From Octopus vulgaris (taxonomy: Eukaryota), in the NCBI GenBank assembly GCA_951406725.2, contig OX597818.1, forward strand, positions 558,001 through 622,000: a stretch of DNA of 64,000 nt. Reading direction: 5' to 3'. The position numbers were made by a program, and so were the translations under genes. This document shows, in pieces, positions 40,553-53,329 of the stretch (the first letter of the stretch is position 1; each line of letters starts with the position of its first letter). Under the pieces are notes generated by a model. The model did no database searches, was not told where the DNA came from, and saw nothing but the letters and a program-made list of their open reading frames with translations.

Positions 40553-42506
40553 TACGACGGGCTTCTTTCAGTTTCCGTCTACTAAATCCACTCACAAGGC
40601 TTTGGTCAGCCCGAGGCTACAGTAGAAGACACTTGCCCAAGGTGCCATGCAGTGGGATTGAACCCGGAACCATGTGGTTGGTAAACAAGCTACTTACTAC
40701 ACAGCCACTCCTGCTCATAAAATTAATGCACAAGTAGCTGAGTACTCCACAGACATGCATACCCTAAGTTAGTTCTCAGGGAGATTAAGCCTCACACAGA
40801 ATGTGACAAGGCTGGCCCCTAAGAATTACAGTTACAACTCATTTTTGCCAGCTGAATAAACTGCAACAAGGTGAAGTAGAATACATTGCTCAAAAACACA
40901 GCACGCCACCCAGAATTGTACTCGTGAGTTTACAATAATGGGCCGAATACCCCTAACCACTGAGCCACGCACCTTCAGTCACTTAACTGTAGAGAAAAGG
41001 AGTGAAGTGATAGAAACAGAGAAAGGAAAGCCTCAGTCATTTACAATGACAGACTGAAATACAATTGATCTTTTCTCACTTCTTTACTTTTAACAATGAA
41101 GAAGAGGGAAAGTCTTTCAGGTGTTTACGTTTTTATTCTGGAAGTTCTAGAATGAGCGACTGTTAGTTCTCTCTTCTTTCCCACAACCCCAGTACTTATT
41201 CGACTTCTTTTATAGTATTTCATGTCTTTTAGTTGGGGGGAAAGACCATGTTCCTTTTTCAGGTACATTTAATGAATTCTCTACAAACGAGCCTCCCTCC
41301 CTCCCCTTTTTTTTCATACAAAAACTAATGCAAATTTTGAACAGGGTATAGCTGTGAAAAGAGCCCAGAAAATTGGGTAATGCCCCCTACAAAATGGGTG
41401 AGGGAGAAAAGTTGCCAACAGGTGACTACACGAAATTGAACTCTATATTTTAAAGAGTATCTTCTACAATAGCCTCGGGCTGACCAAAACCTTGTGAGTG
41501 AATTTGGTAGATGGAAACTGAAAGAAGCCCATCATATATATTATATATCTGCATGTGTGTGCTTGTATCTGTGTTTGTCCCCCAACCACCATTGTTTGAC
41601 AACCAATGTTGGTGTGTTTGCATCCCCGTAATGCAGCTGTTTGGCAGAAGGGACTGATAGAATAAGCACCAGGCTTACAAGGAATAAGTCCAGGGGTTGA
41701 TTTCGTTAACTAAAGGGTGGTGCTCCAGGATGGTCACCATCAAATGACTGAAACAAGTAAAAGAATAAAAGAATACCAGAAGAACATTCTGGTACCACTA
41801 AACAAAGAAGGTTCTTTAAATATGTACGATGTATTTTAAGGCTAAATAGTAATTCTGTTTACATTTGCGTAACAGATATTTTGGTTAGATTATATAGTTA
41901 TCGGTTTTTCGCTTCTTTCTATATTCTCTAAGTGTCACAATATAGAAACATTTCTCATGGCACCAGCACATAATTTGCAGATGCTTACACTTTTTGTTTT
42001 CCATGAATTTTTCACAGGGCCAGCTAGTCATTATTATTATTAAATAAGTTAATATTTAAGTGTTAGGTATGTTCCTAGTAGTATGCCAATAAAGCACATT
42101 CACTGCCTATGGCTAGATGCACCACAACTAGTTGTATAGTTTCCCATCTACAAGGGATTGATGCAGGATATGTCGAAATGATCATTGTGAACAATAATGT
42201 TTCCCGTGTATTCCATTTTCCATTTCTATCATTTGCTTTATATATATTTAATTACCATCAATATCATCATTATTTTAAAATTCACTTTCTTATGCTTACA
42301 TGGGTCAAATAGTCGAAACAGGGTTTCTATTGCTGGATACCTTTCCTGTCACCAAGCCTTATCTGTTTTCAAGCAAAGTAATATTTCCTCTTGGCCAAAC
42401 ATGTTTTTCATGGAAGACTGGAAACGAATACCACTACTTGCATATCAGTGACATTCATTTCCAACTATTGTGTGATGTCAAAACAAGGTCACTCACACAC
42501 ACACAT

Positions 42507-42556
<50 letters not shown>

Positions 42557-45500
42557 CTGAGTTCAACTATATAAATGCCTCATCAGCAATAACATATAAC
42601 ATCAAACTGAAACTAGTAGGATCAATTCAGATTCTTGATATTCTTCTTTACTAATCTGATTAGAGCAATATATAATCTACAGCTTAAGATGTCATACACA
42701 AGACATCATATTTAATTTGTCTCTAATAGATATATATACTCACAGTACTCTTTGCTGTTGTTATTTACTGTTGTATATAATTTACAGCTTAAGATGTTGT
42801 ACACAAGATATCGTATTTAGTTTTTCTTTAATAGTTATATACCTTCAGCAATCCCTGTTGTTGTTTTGCCTCAAGCCAGTCTTGACTGAACAGGCAAATG
42901 AGCAAAGGCTTTGCAACAATGGCTCTTTTATTAACATAGCATTCATTTTTTTAAAGATTGTACTATATGGTTTGAGATTTGGCTGTTATTTCAAATTGAT
43001 TGGACAACCACATAAAGGCTCCTCAAAAAGTTTCCAGAATGTTTACAACCCTAGCACTTCATTACAAACTGTCTTGGTCATAATACTAATACTACTACAA
43101 ATAATGATAAGCCTTTCTACTATAGGCACAAGGCCTGAAATTTAGGGGGAAAGCGCTAGTTAATTACATCTATCCCAGTGCAAAACTGATACTTAATTTA
43201 TCAACCCTGAAAGAACAAAAGGCAAAGTCTAACCTTAGCAGAATATGACCTCAGAACATAAAGACAGATTAAATGCCTCTAACCATTTTGTCCAGTGTGC
43301 TTCTTTCTACTATAGACACAAGACCTGAAATTTTGGAGTAGGGAGCTGGTCGACTACATTGACACCAATACTTAACTGATACTTATATTATTGACCCCAA
43401 ACGAATGAAAAGGAACGTCAACATCAGAGGAATAAAAATAGTAATGACTGATATTAAAATTTTGAAATAATTTTTAATAATTATATTACTGGGTTCAAAT
43501 TTTGGCCTAAGGCCAGGAATTTCAGACAGGAGGGGTGGGTGGGGGTAAGTCGACCCCAGTATTCAATTGTTACTTATTTTATCAACCCTAAAAGGATGAA
43601 AGGCAAAATCAACCTTGGTGGAATTTGAACTCAGAATATAAAGACAGATGAAATGCTGTTAATCATTTTGCCCAGTGTGCTAGCGATTCTGCCAATTCAC
43701 CGCCTTAACAACAACAGCAGCAACATCACCACCACCACCACCAATTTGTTAATTAAATCAATTTGTATGAAGTGTGGGTATTAGTGTCTGAATGTGATGT
43801 TGGCATCAAATGGGTGTGGCTAGCCTCTACGACATATTTGTTCTAAGAGAGAGAGAGAAAGACAGACAGAAAGAGATAAAAGATGATCTTGAATGACTTC
43901 AATTAATTAATCTGTTAATAATTATTTCAAACAGTGGGATGGCTTTATATAGAGTATCAGAAGATAAACTGAATGTGTAGTATCTTCAATAGGGGTCAAA
44001 GCCAATTTCATCTAGAATTTTTTGATAGTATCAAATGCAATAATAGTGGTACCTTATGTTCAATCTTTTAATTACTTCCTGCTGATACAAGACTGAAGTA
44101 AAGTAAGACTAATATGCAATGCACATACTATGTACAACAATATAATTGAAGTCCAGGAGCTAGGTCCAGCATATGCCTGAAATCAAAATCTAGACAAAGA
44201 GTTCCATGAGAAAACACAAATGTAGCCTAAGTAAGACAAAATCTCAGAGAACTTTAACCTCATCTTGACAGAAAATTATATACAACAGAATATAAGAAAA
44301 TTCAAAGCAGCAAAGAAAATTCTTAATGAGACATATTTGATGGAGCAGAAAAAAATATGTTGAAAAGCAAGATAAAAGAAATAGAGAATGTGCAGGAAAA
44401 TCAGTAATCCAGACTGCTATGAGCCACAATTGATGAAGTTTTAGGGAGGAAGAAGATCAACTCTAATCTGATAAAAGCTAAAAGTGCTGAAAGAAAAGAG
44501 TAGCTCTTTGGAGGAAGCATTTCCAGAACCTAGCAAAGCCAAACCCTAATGGTTGCTGATGTCCAAATTTTAAAAAAAATGTAACACACCTTCCCAATAG
44601 AAATTGGAGCACTTATAATGGAAGAATTAAAACTTGCTATCAAAGAAATAAAGAACAACAAGGCCCCCAGGGCTTGATGAGATTCCAGCTGAAGTTTGGA
44701 AAAGTAACAAATTAAGTGAACAACTACTGGAGATTTACAATGAAAGAATTGAAGGAGATGTAGCAACGGTATGGAGACAGGGAGGGATCTTACCATTTTC
44801 AAAGAAAGGTAACTTAACATCTATAGGAAACTAAAGAGGCAGCAGAAATTTATAAAATGCTCCCGAATAGAATAAGGCCTCATGTTCATTTGCTTCTACA
44901 CAAACAACAAAATGGATTTTGGAAAAAGGAGAACAATAACAGCACAGATACTAGCACTAAGGTTATTCATTGAAGGTATCAAACCAAAACAGCTTCCAGT
45001 AGTACTGGCATTCATAGACTCTGAAAGACTTTTCACTCGATCCATAGTGATAAGGTAATGGATATCTTGGTTACTTATGGAACCCCAGGAAAATGGTCTT
45101 GGCTATTGAAGTAATCTACAAAGATATTCCTCTGAAGGTAGTACCTCTTGATGGCAACACTGAGTCCTTTGAAATTATGTCAGGAGTACTTCAAGCTGAC
45201 ATTCTTGCCCACTTCTTATTCATAATAGCACTAGACTATATGAGGAAAAAAAAATCATGAAACCTTTGGCTTTAGCTTACAACAAGCAGAACTTCTCACA
45301 GATACAAATTATATATTGATGACAGTGTTATCTTAAACGATAAAACAAGCCCAACTGTTTTTATTGTGAGTTGAGTCCTGTACTTCACAGACTGGCTTAC
45401 ATACAAATGAGGTAAAAATTAAATATATGGCTTATGACCAAGAAGATAGCTTCCAATTAACAATGAATAGTTATGAAATGGAAAAAGTTGATGATTTATT

Positions 45501-47519
45501 CTTATCTGAGATGATGGGCGAATACAAGTGAGGACAATAAAACTTGGAACATTAAATCTAAACAGATTTTAAGATTAGCTTCTTCCACGTAACAATAGAA
45601 ACTGTGCTCTTATTTGACTGCACTACATGGACTCTAACTAAGGAACTGGAAAAAAAACTAGAAGAAACACACAAGACTTGTAAGAGCAGCACTTATCAAA
45701 TAACATTGACAGGTTCTCTATTGTAATCTTCCAAGAGTTACCACCACCATAAAGGAAAGAAGACTAGGATTCTGTGGACATTGTTCTCATGGCAAGGATG
45801 AAATAGTCAAATGCTGATGTGGGAATCAACACATGTAAAGTAACCTAAGAGCTGTCTCACCAGGACATTTATTGATCAACTGGTTGAAAACTTTGGTTGA
45901 TTGAAGAGTGGTCTACAAAGAGCAATGCAGGAGAGGGAATTCTAGAGACAAGTGGTTGATGGTGCTTGTCTGCAGATAACATGATGATGAAGACTAACGG
46001 TGGGGGGAAGTCAATAAATCCTACCAATACCTACATGTTACCATTAACACTACTATTAACAAAGCCCACACTACCTCTGACTACACTACCATTAACACTA
46101 CTGACACTGCCATGAACACTACCACAAACTAGACAACTACTGCCTAAAGTAAAATTTATACAGCCACTACTCACACAACCCATTACTCGACAATTAACAC
46201 TAACACTATCCAAAGTGCATTAACACTATGTCTACCTACATTGGTATTAACACTACCACACAACCATTAACACTGCTACTACAACCAATAATGCTATCAG
46301 CACTAGTCAATATATGCACTGCCACAATTTTTGAACATTTGTTTAAAATATTGCAAATTATCTAAATTAATGAAATTGATTTATTCTAGAGTGAATAATA
46401 AAAACTGATAATAACAATAAAATTAATCTATTATTACAATTAGTCATAAATATCCAACAACAAAATGTTAAAAATTGTCATGTTTCATTAACATAATTTA
46501 TACTGCCTGTAATAAATTCTTAAAAGAGAAAGATGGCTGCTTATAAATGCCAAAACCTTCCCAGGCGAAGAATGCACCCCACAACATAGACTGGTAGTTA
46601 GTGACTTTAGGATCAGGACTAAGAGGGCGACTAGAAGACGACCAACAAGGAGAAGAAGGGTCTGGAAGCTTAAAGACCCTGCGAATGGACAGAGATTTAG
46701 AGACATGATACTTGAAGCTTTTGACGAAATGGAAGGGGGTATAGCTACACATGGGGTAGAAGACAACTGGACGCTTCTGAGGGACAACCTGCTGAAAGCC
46801 ACTGACCAGATCTGTGGCTGGTGCAAAGTCCCCTTAAGACCCAAAATAACGTGGTGGTGGAACAATATTGTTGACAGGGCTATTAGACAAAAGAAACAGG
46901 CTTGGAAGGACTGGAAGAACGGTGGTAGCAGGAAGTGTATCAGACTGCCAGAAGGGAAGCTAGGAGACAGGTCTATCTAGCCAGAGGGGAAGCAGATAAG
47001 AAAAAATTTGCCAATGTTCTGCGCTGTGAGGATGAAAGACTTGAGGTATTTCGTGTTGCAAGACAGTGTGTGAGAGAGAATCGTGACGTGGTAGGAGAGA
47101 AATGTGTTCGCAAGGATGACGGTTCACTTGCACTAAATGAGGATGCAAAGAGAGAGGCTTGGAGACGCCACTATGAAAGGTTGCTGAATGAGGAAAATGA
47201 TTGGGATAAAGAGAGTCTGCCGAATGTCGACCCAACAGAGGGACCAGCAATCCGAGTTAACAGTTCCTTAGTAGTTAAGGCAATTACAAGCATGAAAACA
47301 TGGAAAGCCCCAGGCCCATCAGGAATTACTGCAGAGATGCTCAAAATATCTGGTAGTGTCGGCTATAGCCTAGTCACCCGTATAGTTAACCAGGTGATAC
47401 ACGAAGGAGTCATACCCAATGACTGGTGTAGCAGCATAATAGTCAACTGCTACAAAGGTAAAGGTGACGCCCTAGATACAAATAACTACAGGGGTATCAA
47501 GCTGCTGGATCAGGTAATG
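38496..47519 (+). repeat. Copy 2 of the ~9-kb duplication
   Basis: Starts at the gap edge, collinear with 29385-38395, and continues seamlessly into the rest of the RTE. Confidence 0.98.
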
Positions 47520-49700
47520 AAGGTTACGGAGAGGGTTATAGCCCAATTAATTAGAGAGAGAGTTAGCTTAGATGAGATGCAGTTTGGGTTCGTGCCAGGG
47601 AAAAGTACTACTGATGCTATATTCCTGTTAAGACAGCTGCAGGAGAAATACCTAGCCAAAGATAAGCCCCTGTACCTGGCTTTTGTTGACATGGAGAAAG
47701 CCTTTGACAGGGTCCCCCGATCCCTTATCTGGTGGTCAATGAGGAAACTAGGGATAGATGAATGGTTAGTGAGAGCTGTGCGAGCCATGTACAGAGACGC
47801 TGCTAGTAAGGTGAGGGTTGGCAACGAGTACAGTGAAGAATTCCGGGTAGAGGTTGGGGTCCACCAAGGTTCAGTCCTCAGTCCCCTCCTATTTATCATA
47901 GTCCTCCAGGCAATAACGGAGGAATTCAAGACAGGATGCCCCTGGGAGCTCCTCTATGCTGATGACCTTGCTCTAATTGCTGAGTCACTATCAGAACTCG
48001 AGGAGAAGTTTCAGGTGTGGAAACAAGGATTAGAATCGAAGGGACTTAGAATCAACCTAGCCAAAACCAAAGTTCTAATAAGTAGGAAGGTGGACCAATC
48101 ACAAACGACTTCAGGTAGATGGCCCTGCTCGATCTGTAAAAAAGGTGTAGGTAGAAACTCTATAAGGTGCACCAAGTGTAAGCTATGGACACATAAGAGG
48201 TGCAGCAATGTCAAAGGAAGGCTAACTAGGAAAATAGTTTTTGTCTGTGGCAGATGCTCAGGAGCAATAAACACTGGAAATGTGCAGAGACCAACTTCTA
48301 CCACGTTCCAGGGAGACAAACTAGAAGTAGTTGATAGCTTCCGCTACCTAGGTGACCAAGTCAGTAGTGGGGGTGGGTGTGCTGAAAGTGTAACTGCTAG
48401 AGTAAGAATAGCCTGGGCAAAGTTTAGAGAGCTCTTACCCCTGCTGGTGACAAAAGGCCTCTCGCTCAGAGTAAAAGGCAGACTGTATGATGCATGTGTA
48501 TGTACAGCCATGCTACATGGTAGTGAAACATGGGCCGTGACTGCTGAGGATATGCGTAAGCTCGCAAGAAATGAAGCCAGTATGCTCCGATGGATGTGTA
48601 ATGTCAGTGTTCATAATCGACAGAGTGTAAGTACCTTGAGAGAAAAGTTGAACCTAAGAAGCATCAGTTGTGGTGTGCAAGAGAGACGTCTGCGCTGGTA
48701 TGGTCATGTGACGAGAATGGCTGAAGATAGTTGTGTGCAAAAGTGCTACACCCTAGCAGTTGAGGGAACCTGTGGAAGAGGTAGACCCAGGAAAACCTGG
48801 GACGAGGTGGTGAAGCACGACCTTCGAACTTTAGGTCTCACCAAGGAAATGACTAGAGACCGAGACCTATGGAAGTATGCTGTGCGTGAGAAGACCCGGC
48901 AAGACTAGTGAGGTCATAACCCGTGGCCTCTACCTGCCAATCCCTAGCAGTGGAGGGAACCCATGGAAGAGGTAGACCCAGGAAAACCTGGGACGAGGTG
49001 GTGAAGCACGACCTTCGAACTTTAGGTCTCACTGAGGAAATGACCAGCGACCGAGACCTTTGGAAATATGCTGTGCGTGAAAAGACCAGGCAGGACAAGT
49101 GAGTCCAGCCCACTTATGCATGCCTTTCCTCCCTTGGACACACAAAGACCTGTTGAGGCAAGCGAAGTCAATATCGAACCTTATTCGACGACAGGCACCT
49201 ATGCCAACCCTCCTTTGCTTGCGAAGACCTGTTGGGGCAAGTGAAATCGAAATCGGAATCAAAATTGAACCAATCCTATGACTGGCACCCGGCAGATGCC
49301 AGGACCCCTGGACTGGAGATACGTAAAAAGCAATATCCGAATCGTGGCCGATGCCAGCGCCGCCTCGACTAGCTTCCGTGTCGGTGGAACGTAAAAAGCA
49401 CCATCCGAATCGTGGCCGAAGCCAGTGCCGCCTCGACTGGCTTCTGTACCGGTGGCACGTAAAATGCACCAATCCGACCGTGGCCGATGCCAGCCTTGCC
49501 TGGCACCAGTGCAGGTGGCACGTAAAAAGCACCTACTACACTCACGGAGTGGTTGGCGTTAGGAAGGGCATCCAGCTGTAGAAACATTGCCAGATAAGAC
49601 CGGAGCCTGGTGCAGCCTTCTGGCTTCCCAGATCCCCAGTCGAACCGTCCAACCCATGCTAGCATGGAGAACGGATGTTAAACGATGATGATGATGATGA
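46523..49700 (+). mobile_element. Young RTE-clade LINE, 5'-truncated at the end of the APE domain, with long 3'UTR and (GAT)n tail
   Basis: APE C-terminus (INAKTFPGEECTPQHRLVVSDF), a frameshift near 46935, an intact RT, 3'UTR subrepeats and tail. Confidence 0.96.
46935..48908 (+). CDS. RTE reverse transcriptase ORF remnant (657 open codons) with an inserted PHD-type zinc finger
   Basis: NYRGIKLL, QFGFVPGKSTTDAIF, AFVDMEKAFDRV, GVHQGSVLSP, YADD (47955-47966), FRYLG, GRGRPRKTW. No true start because the element is truncated. Confidence 0.9.
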   Translation: MYQTARREARRQVYLARGEADKKKFANVLRCEDERLEVFRVARQCVRENRDVVGEKCVRKDDGSLALNEDAKREAWRRHYERLLNEENDWDKESLPNVDPTEGPAIRVNSSLVVKAITSMKTWKAPGPSGITAEMLKISGSVGYSLVTRIVNQVIHEGVIPNDWCSSIIVNCYKGKGDALDTNNYRGIKLLDQVMKVTERVIAQLIRERVSLDEMQFGFVPGKSTTDAIFLLRQLQEKYLAKDKPLYLAFVDMEKAFDRVPRSLIWWSMRKLGIDEWLVRAVRAMYRDAASKVRVGNEYSEEFRVEVGVHQGSVLSPLLFIIVLQAITEEFKTGCPWELLYADDLALIAESLSELEEKFQVWKQGLESKGLRINLAKTKVLISRKVDQSQTTSGRWPCSICKKGVGRNSIRCTKCKLWTHKRCSNVKGRLTRKIVFVCGRCSGAINTGNVQRPTSTTFQGDKLEVVDSFRYLGDQVSSGGGCAESVTARVRIAWAKFRELLPLLVTKGLSLRVKGRLYDACVCTAMLHGSETWAVTAEDMRKLARNEASMLRWMCNVSVHNRQSVSTLREKLNLRSISCGVQERRLRWYGHVTRMAEDSCVQKCYTLAVEGTCGRGRPRKTWDEVVKHDLRTLGLTKEMTRDRDLWKYAVREKTRQD

Positions 49701-50579
49701 TAGTCCTTGGCAAGACAAAAGCAAATTCACAACCTTTCACTTTCCCTACTCATTTAAGTGGATTGAAAGGATGCAGAAAAAGAGAAGGGTCAAGAAGTTG
49801 CCATAGTCCTGCCTCATCTAGGAGTCGACCACTTCTTTCCAGTGTTGAAGCTATAAGAAAATGCACCCAGTACACTCTGTGAAGTGGTTGATGAAGGAAG
49901 AATATCCAGCTGTACACACACAAAAAAAAACCCAAAATAATTTGTTGAAGTACATACCATCAGAGAGAACAGTGGATCCCAATAAGACCTTACTCAAATC
50001 ATGAACTTTCAAACTCATACTAGCTTGGAAGGTAGATATAAATAATGATGATAATGACTGGCACAAATTCAGATACATTTTTAAAAGTATAATTAATTTT
50101 GGCTACTGTAGGTCAACCCAAGTCAGCATGGAGGCTGGACAGTAAATGCTGATGAAAACAATGATAATAATATTGGAATTTATTTTAAATGATGTAAAAC
50201 AAACACTGATTCTAGTGATATTTGAACTCAAGACAAAATTACTTACATTTAGCACCTTTATCCATTTTGCTGATGCTAATTATAATACTTATTACTTTTG
50301 GTACAAAGATAAAATTTTGTAGGGAAGGATACAATTGATAAAATGAATCCTAAGAATTTGTTCTGGTATTCTACCAGTTTTGATACTCAACAGCTTTTGT
50401 AATATCATTGATAATTAATTTTTTACACTGGTTGCAGGACAGAAATTTCAGTATATTACTGATACATATTTCAACATATCCAGATTATTTTAACATAGTG
50501 AGAACATGTTGAGCAAATGCATGTATATATTGGTCAACACTCTACTCTTTTTCCTTTGCAACTTCCTTTGTAGAAAAAA

Positions 50580-51371
50580 ATAATAACAAACTAAAAGGAA
50601 GTTGATGAAGCTAAATCATCCAAATCCAGTGAAAGTCGTAAATACTTGGGCAGCAGTTTTTGTAGACTGGACAAAATCTGAATTAGCAAACCTAACAGAA
50701 CCAGGAAGGAATTCAATATGAATAGAGTACTTCATCCTAAAGCTGGAGTAGCAAGATCATATTTACCTAAGAAGGAAGGTGGTAGAACACAGTATGGAGT
50801 TAGCTTGAGTAGATATAACCTCCTATGTAGGTAAGAGTGGCTAGTGTAACAGTAGCAGATAGAGAAGCCAAAATGCAAATGTAGTTAAAAACCGCAAAAA
50901 GAAAAAAGATTATCTAACTGGCAAGAGAAGGCTTTCCATGGTAGATTTTCAAAGATAGTTATAGAAAATAGTAATAGTGAGACATGGTTGTAGTTGCAGA
51001 AAGGAATGCTGAAAAAGGAGACAGAAAATTTGTTAATCGCAGTTCAAGATCAGCTACTGAGGACTAACTAGATAAAAGCCAAAACAGACAAAAATGAAGT
51101 AGATTCCCAATGTAACTTATGTAAATCAAAAGAGGAAAGTGTTACTCATATAGTAAGTGAATGTAGTATGCTAGCACAGAAAGAATACAAGAAAGGACAT
51201 GACAACCCAAGGACAATAATCCACTGAGAGTTATTTAGAAGGCTAGGATTTGGCCATACTGGTAAGTGGTATGAAGATGAACCTGGTAAAGTGCTAGAAA
51301 GTAAAAAGTATAAGATGTTGTGGGACTTTGACATTCAGCCTAACAAAGTAATAGAGGCTGGAAGGCCTAAT

Positions 51372-51403
<32 letters not shown>

Positions 51404-51426
51404 GATAGTAGTGGTAGTGGTGGTGA

Positions 51427-51465
<39 letters not shown>

Positions 51466-51733
51466 AAAGTGTTAGTAATTGACTTTACAGTCCCAAATGA
51501 TGAGAAAGTTAACATGAGAGGTATAGAGAAAATAGTGAAGTGCCACCGAGTTACAGGGGCTATGGAAAGTGAAGGTAAAATGTATCCCTGTAGTTATAGG
51601 TGCATTAAGAACAATTCCTAAAGATTTGAACGGATGGACAGAGGAAATAGGCATAAAACCTAGTTAAGTGTAGCTAAAGAAAACAGTATTATTAGGGACA
51701 ACTAAGATACTTAGGAAGGTTCTTGGCATCTAA
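50580..51733 (+). mobile_element. Decayed R4/Dong-like non-LTR retrotransposon (CCHC knuckle plus RLE domain)
   Basis: LHPKAGVARSYLPKKEGGR, KKETENLLIAVQDQLLRTN, CNLC...HIVSEC (~51111-51164), LWDFDIQ...RPN, VIDFTVP, IPVVIGAL, TVLLGTTKILRKVLGI*. Confidence 0.88.
51372..51465 (+). repeat. (TTG)n-(GTG)n-(GTA)n compound triplet repeat inside the RLE motif
   Basis: Directly visible between RPN and VIDF. Confidence 0.95.
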
Positions 51734-52639
51734 GTTTACTTGTTGTAGCCCAATATTAGAAATTTTTCCTAACAGTTGTGCATAAATGAAATAATAAAAA
51801 CATGCAAGTTCATATTTACTCCTTTCAATCATGTATTTCTTATTACTTGTGAACCTATCACCACTCCTAAGTAATACCATGGCAGGGGCCAATATCACTT
51901 GCTATGCCCCCTGAATGCTGCCTTTGTATTAAGCTGTCCCATGCACTGGGACACAAGCGTATGAGTAGGCTTTTTGCACACAGCTGTTGCCTGTGTTCAA
52001 ATTTCATTTCTCAGTCTTGAAGGTCAGACTGTACTTCCCTCTATATACAAAATGCAAACCCAAACATCAACCAAAGCTTCCCTTAATTGGTCTTTAGAAG
52101 GTACAGAGAAAACTTCCCATTCTCTTTGAGAGGTAAAATTAGATAAATTTTCACACTGCCACCTTTTAAATATATTCTTTCAGCAAGAAGATATACTTTT
52201 TATAGACATAATTTTGTCACTAGTCCATCTTAGAATGGAACTTTGCAAGAGATATGACCAGGATGAAACTGACTGTATGTGTGCACTTCTTAGTTGATGA
52301 TATTTGTGTCTGCATGACTGTCAACACAATGTCTGAAAACAAAATTTCTTACTTTTTTCTTAAACCATGTGTGTTATGCCTTATGTGTTTTTCTGCTTCG
52401 TGTTTTCAGAATTGCCTTTTTTTTTTCACCCCTTTTTGTTTTGCTTACTGGATGCCATTACAAATGAAGTCAAACCAGTAACAGACAGAAAAATAAGTTA
52501 AAATAAAATTCTTTTCCTTTTACAAACACAATGATATAAAAATACAACAAAAATATGGTAAAAATATTGAAGTTTCTTGTAAATCAGAAGACAGGAGATA
52601 ATATCCACACAACACCAAGTGGAAATAATTAAATACATT

Positions 52640-53000
52640 TAAGCATCATTGTCATCATCATTTTAACACTCACTTTTCTACAATGACATGGGTCAGACAA
52701 AATTCATTCGGGCAGATTTTCTATGGCTAAACATTCTTCCTATCATCCACCTCTACTTATTTCCAAGGAAGTTGATATTTCCTTTAGTTCTTCAAATACA
52801 AAATAGTCCAATGGCTTGAAATGCTTTCACAGAATATTACAAACAAATGACACCATTTGTGTAACTGTGGTATTTTTTTACATACAATGGGTTTCTTTCA
52901 GTTTCCATTTACCAAACCCACTCTCAAGGTTTTGCTCAGCTCGGAGCTATAACAGAAGACACTTGCACAAGATGCTATGTAGTGAGACAGAACATGAAGT
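52640..53000 (-). mobile_element. Degraded family-B SINE with RTE-type tail
   Basis: CATCATCATTTTAAC... through TTTCTTTCAGTTTCCATTTACCAAACCCACTCTCAAGG...GAAGACACTTGC. Confidence 0.7.
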
Positions 53001-53329
53001 ATGACGCTCACAAACTGGATTGATTGAGCATCTACAAAAACTGAAGATTGAGCATCTACAAAAAACAGCACCACTTGGAACAATGCAAATCCTCTGCAAA
53101 GATCATGAAATCTAAACAAAGTGTGCTTAGTTCACTGGTTGTGGGTAGCTGACACTTTGTTACATCTCTCAGTGTTAAATAATAATAATACTAAGCCTTT
53201 CTACTTTAGACACAATTTTGGGGGAGGGAGTAAGTCGATTACATTGACCCTAGTACTCAACCCCAAAAGGATGAAAGGCAAAGTCAAACTTGGCAGAATT
53301 TGAACTCAGAACCAAAGACAGATGTTCTA

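Noticed and set aside
38496-47519. Biological segmental duplication
   Set aside because: Both breakpoints coincide with the gap edges and the differences look like consensus errors or allelic variation; treated as a probable artefact pending read data.
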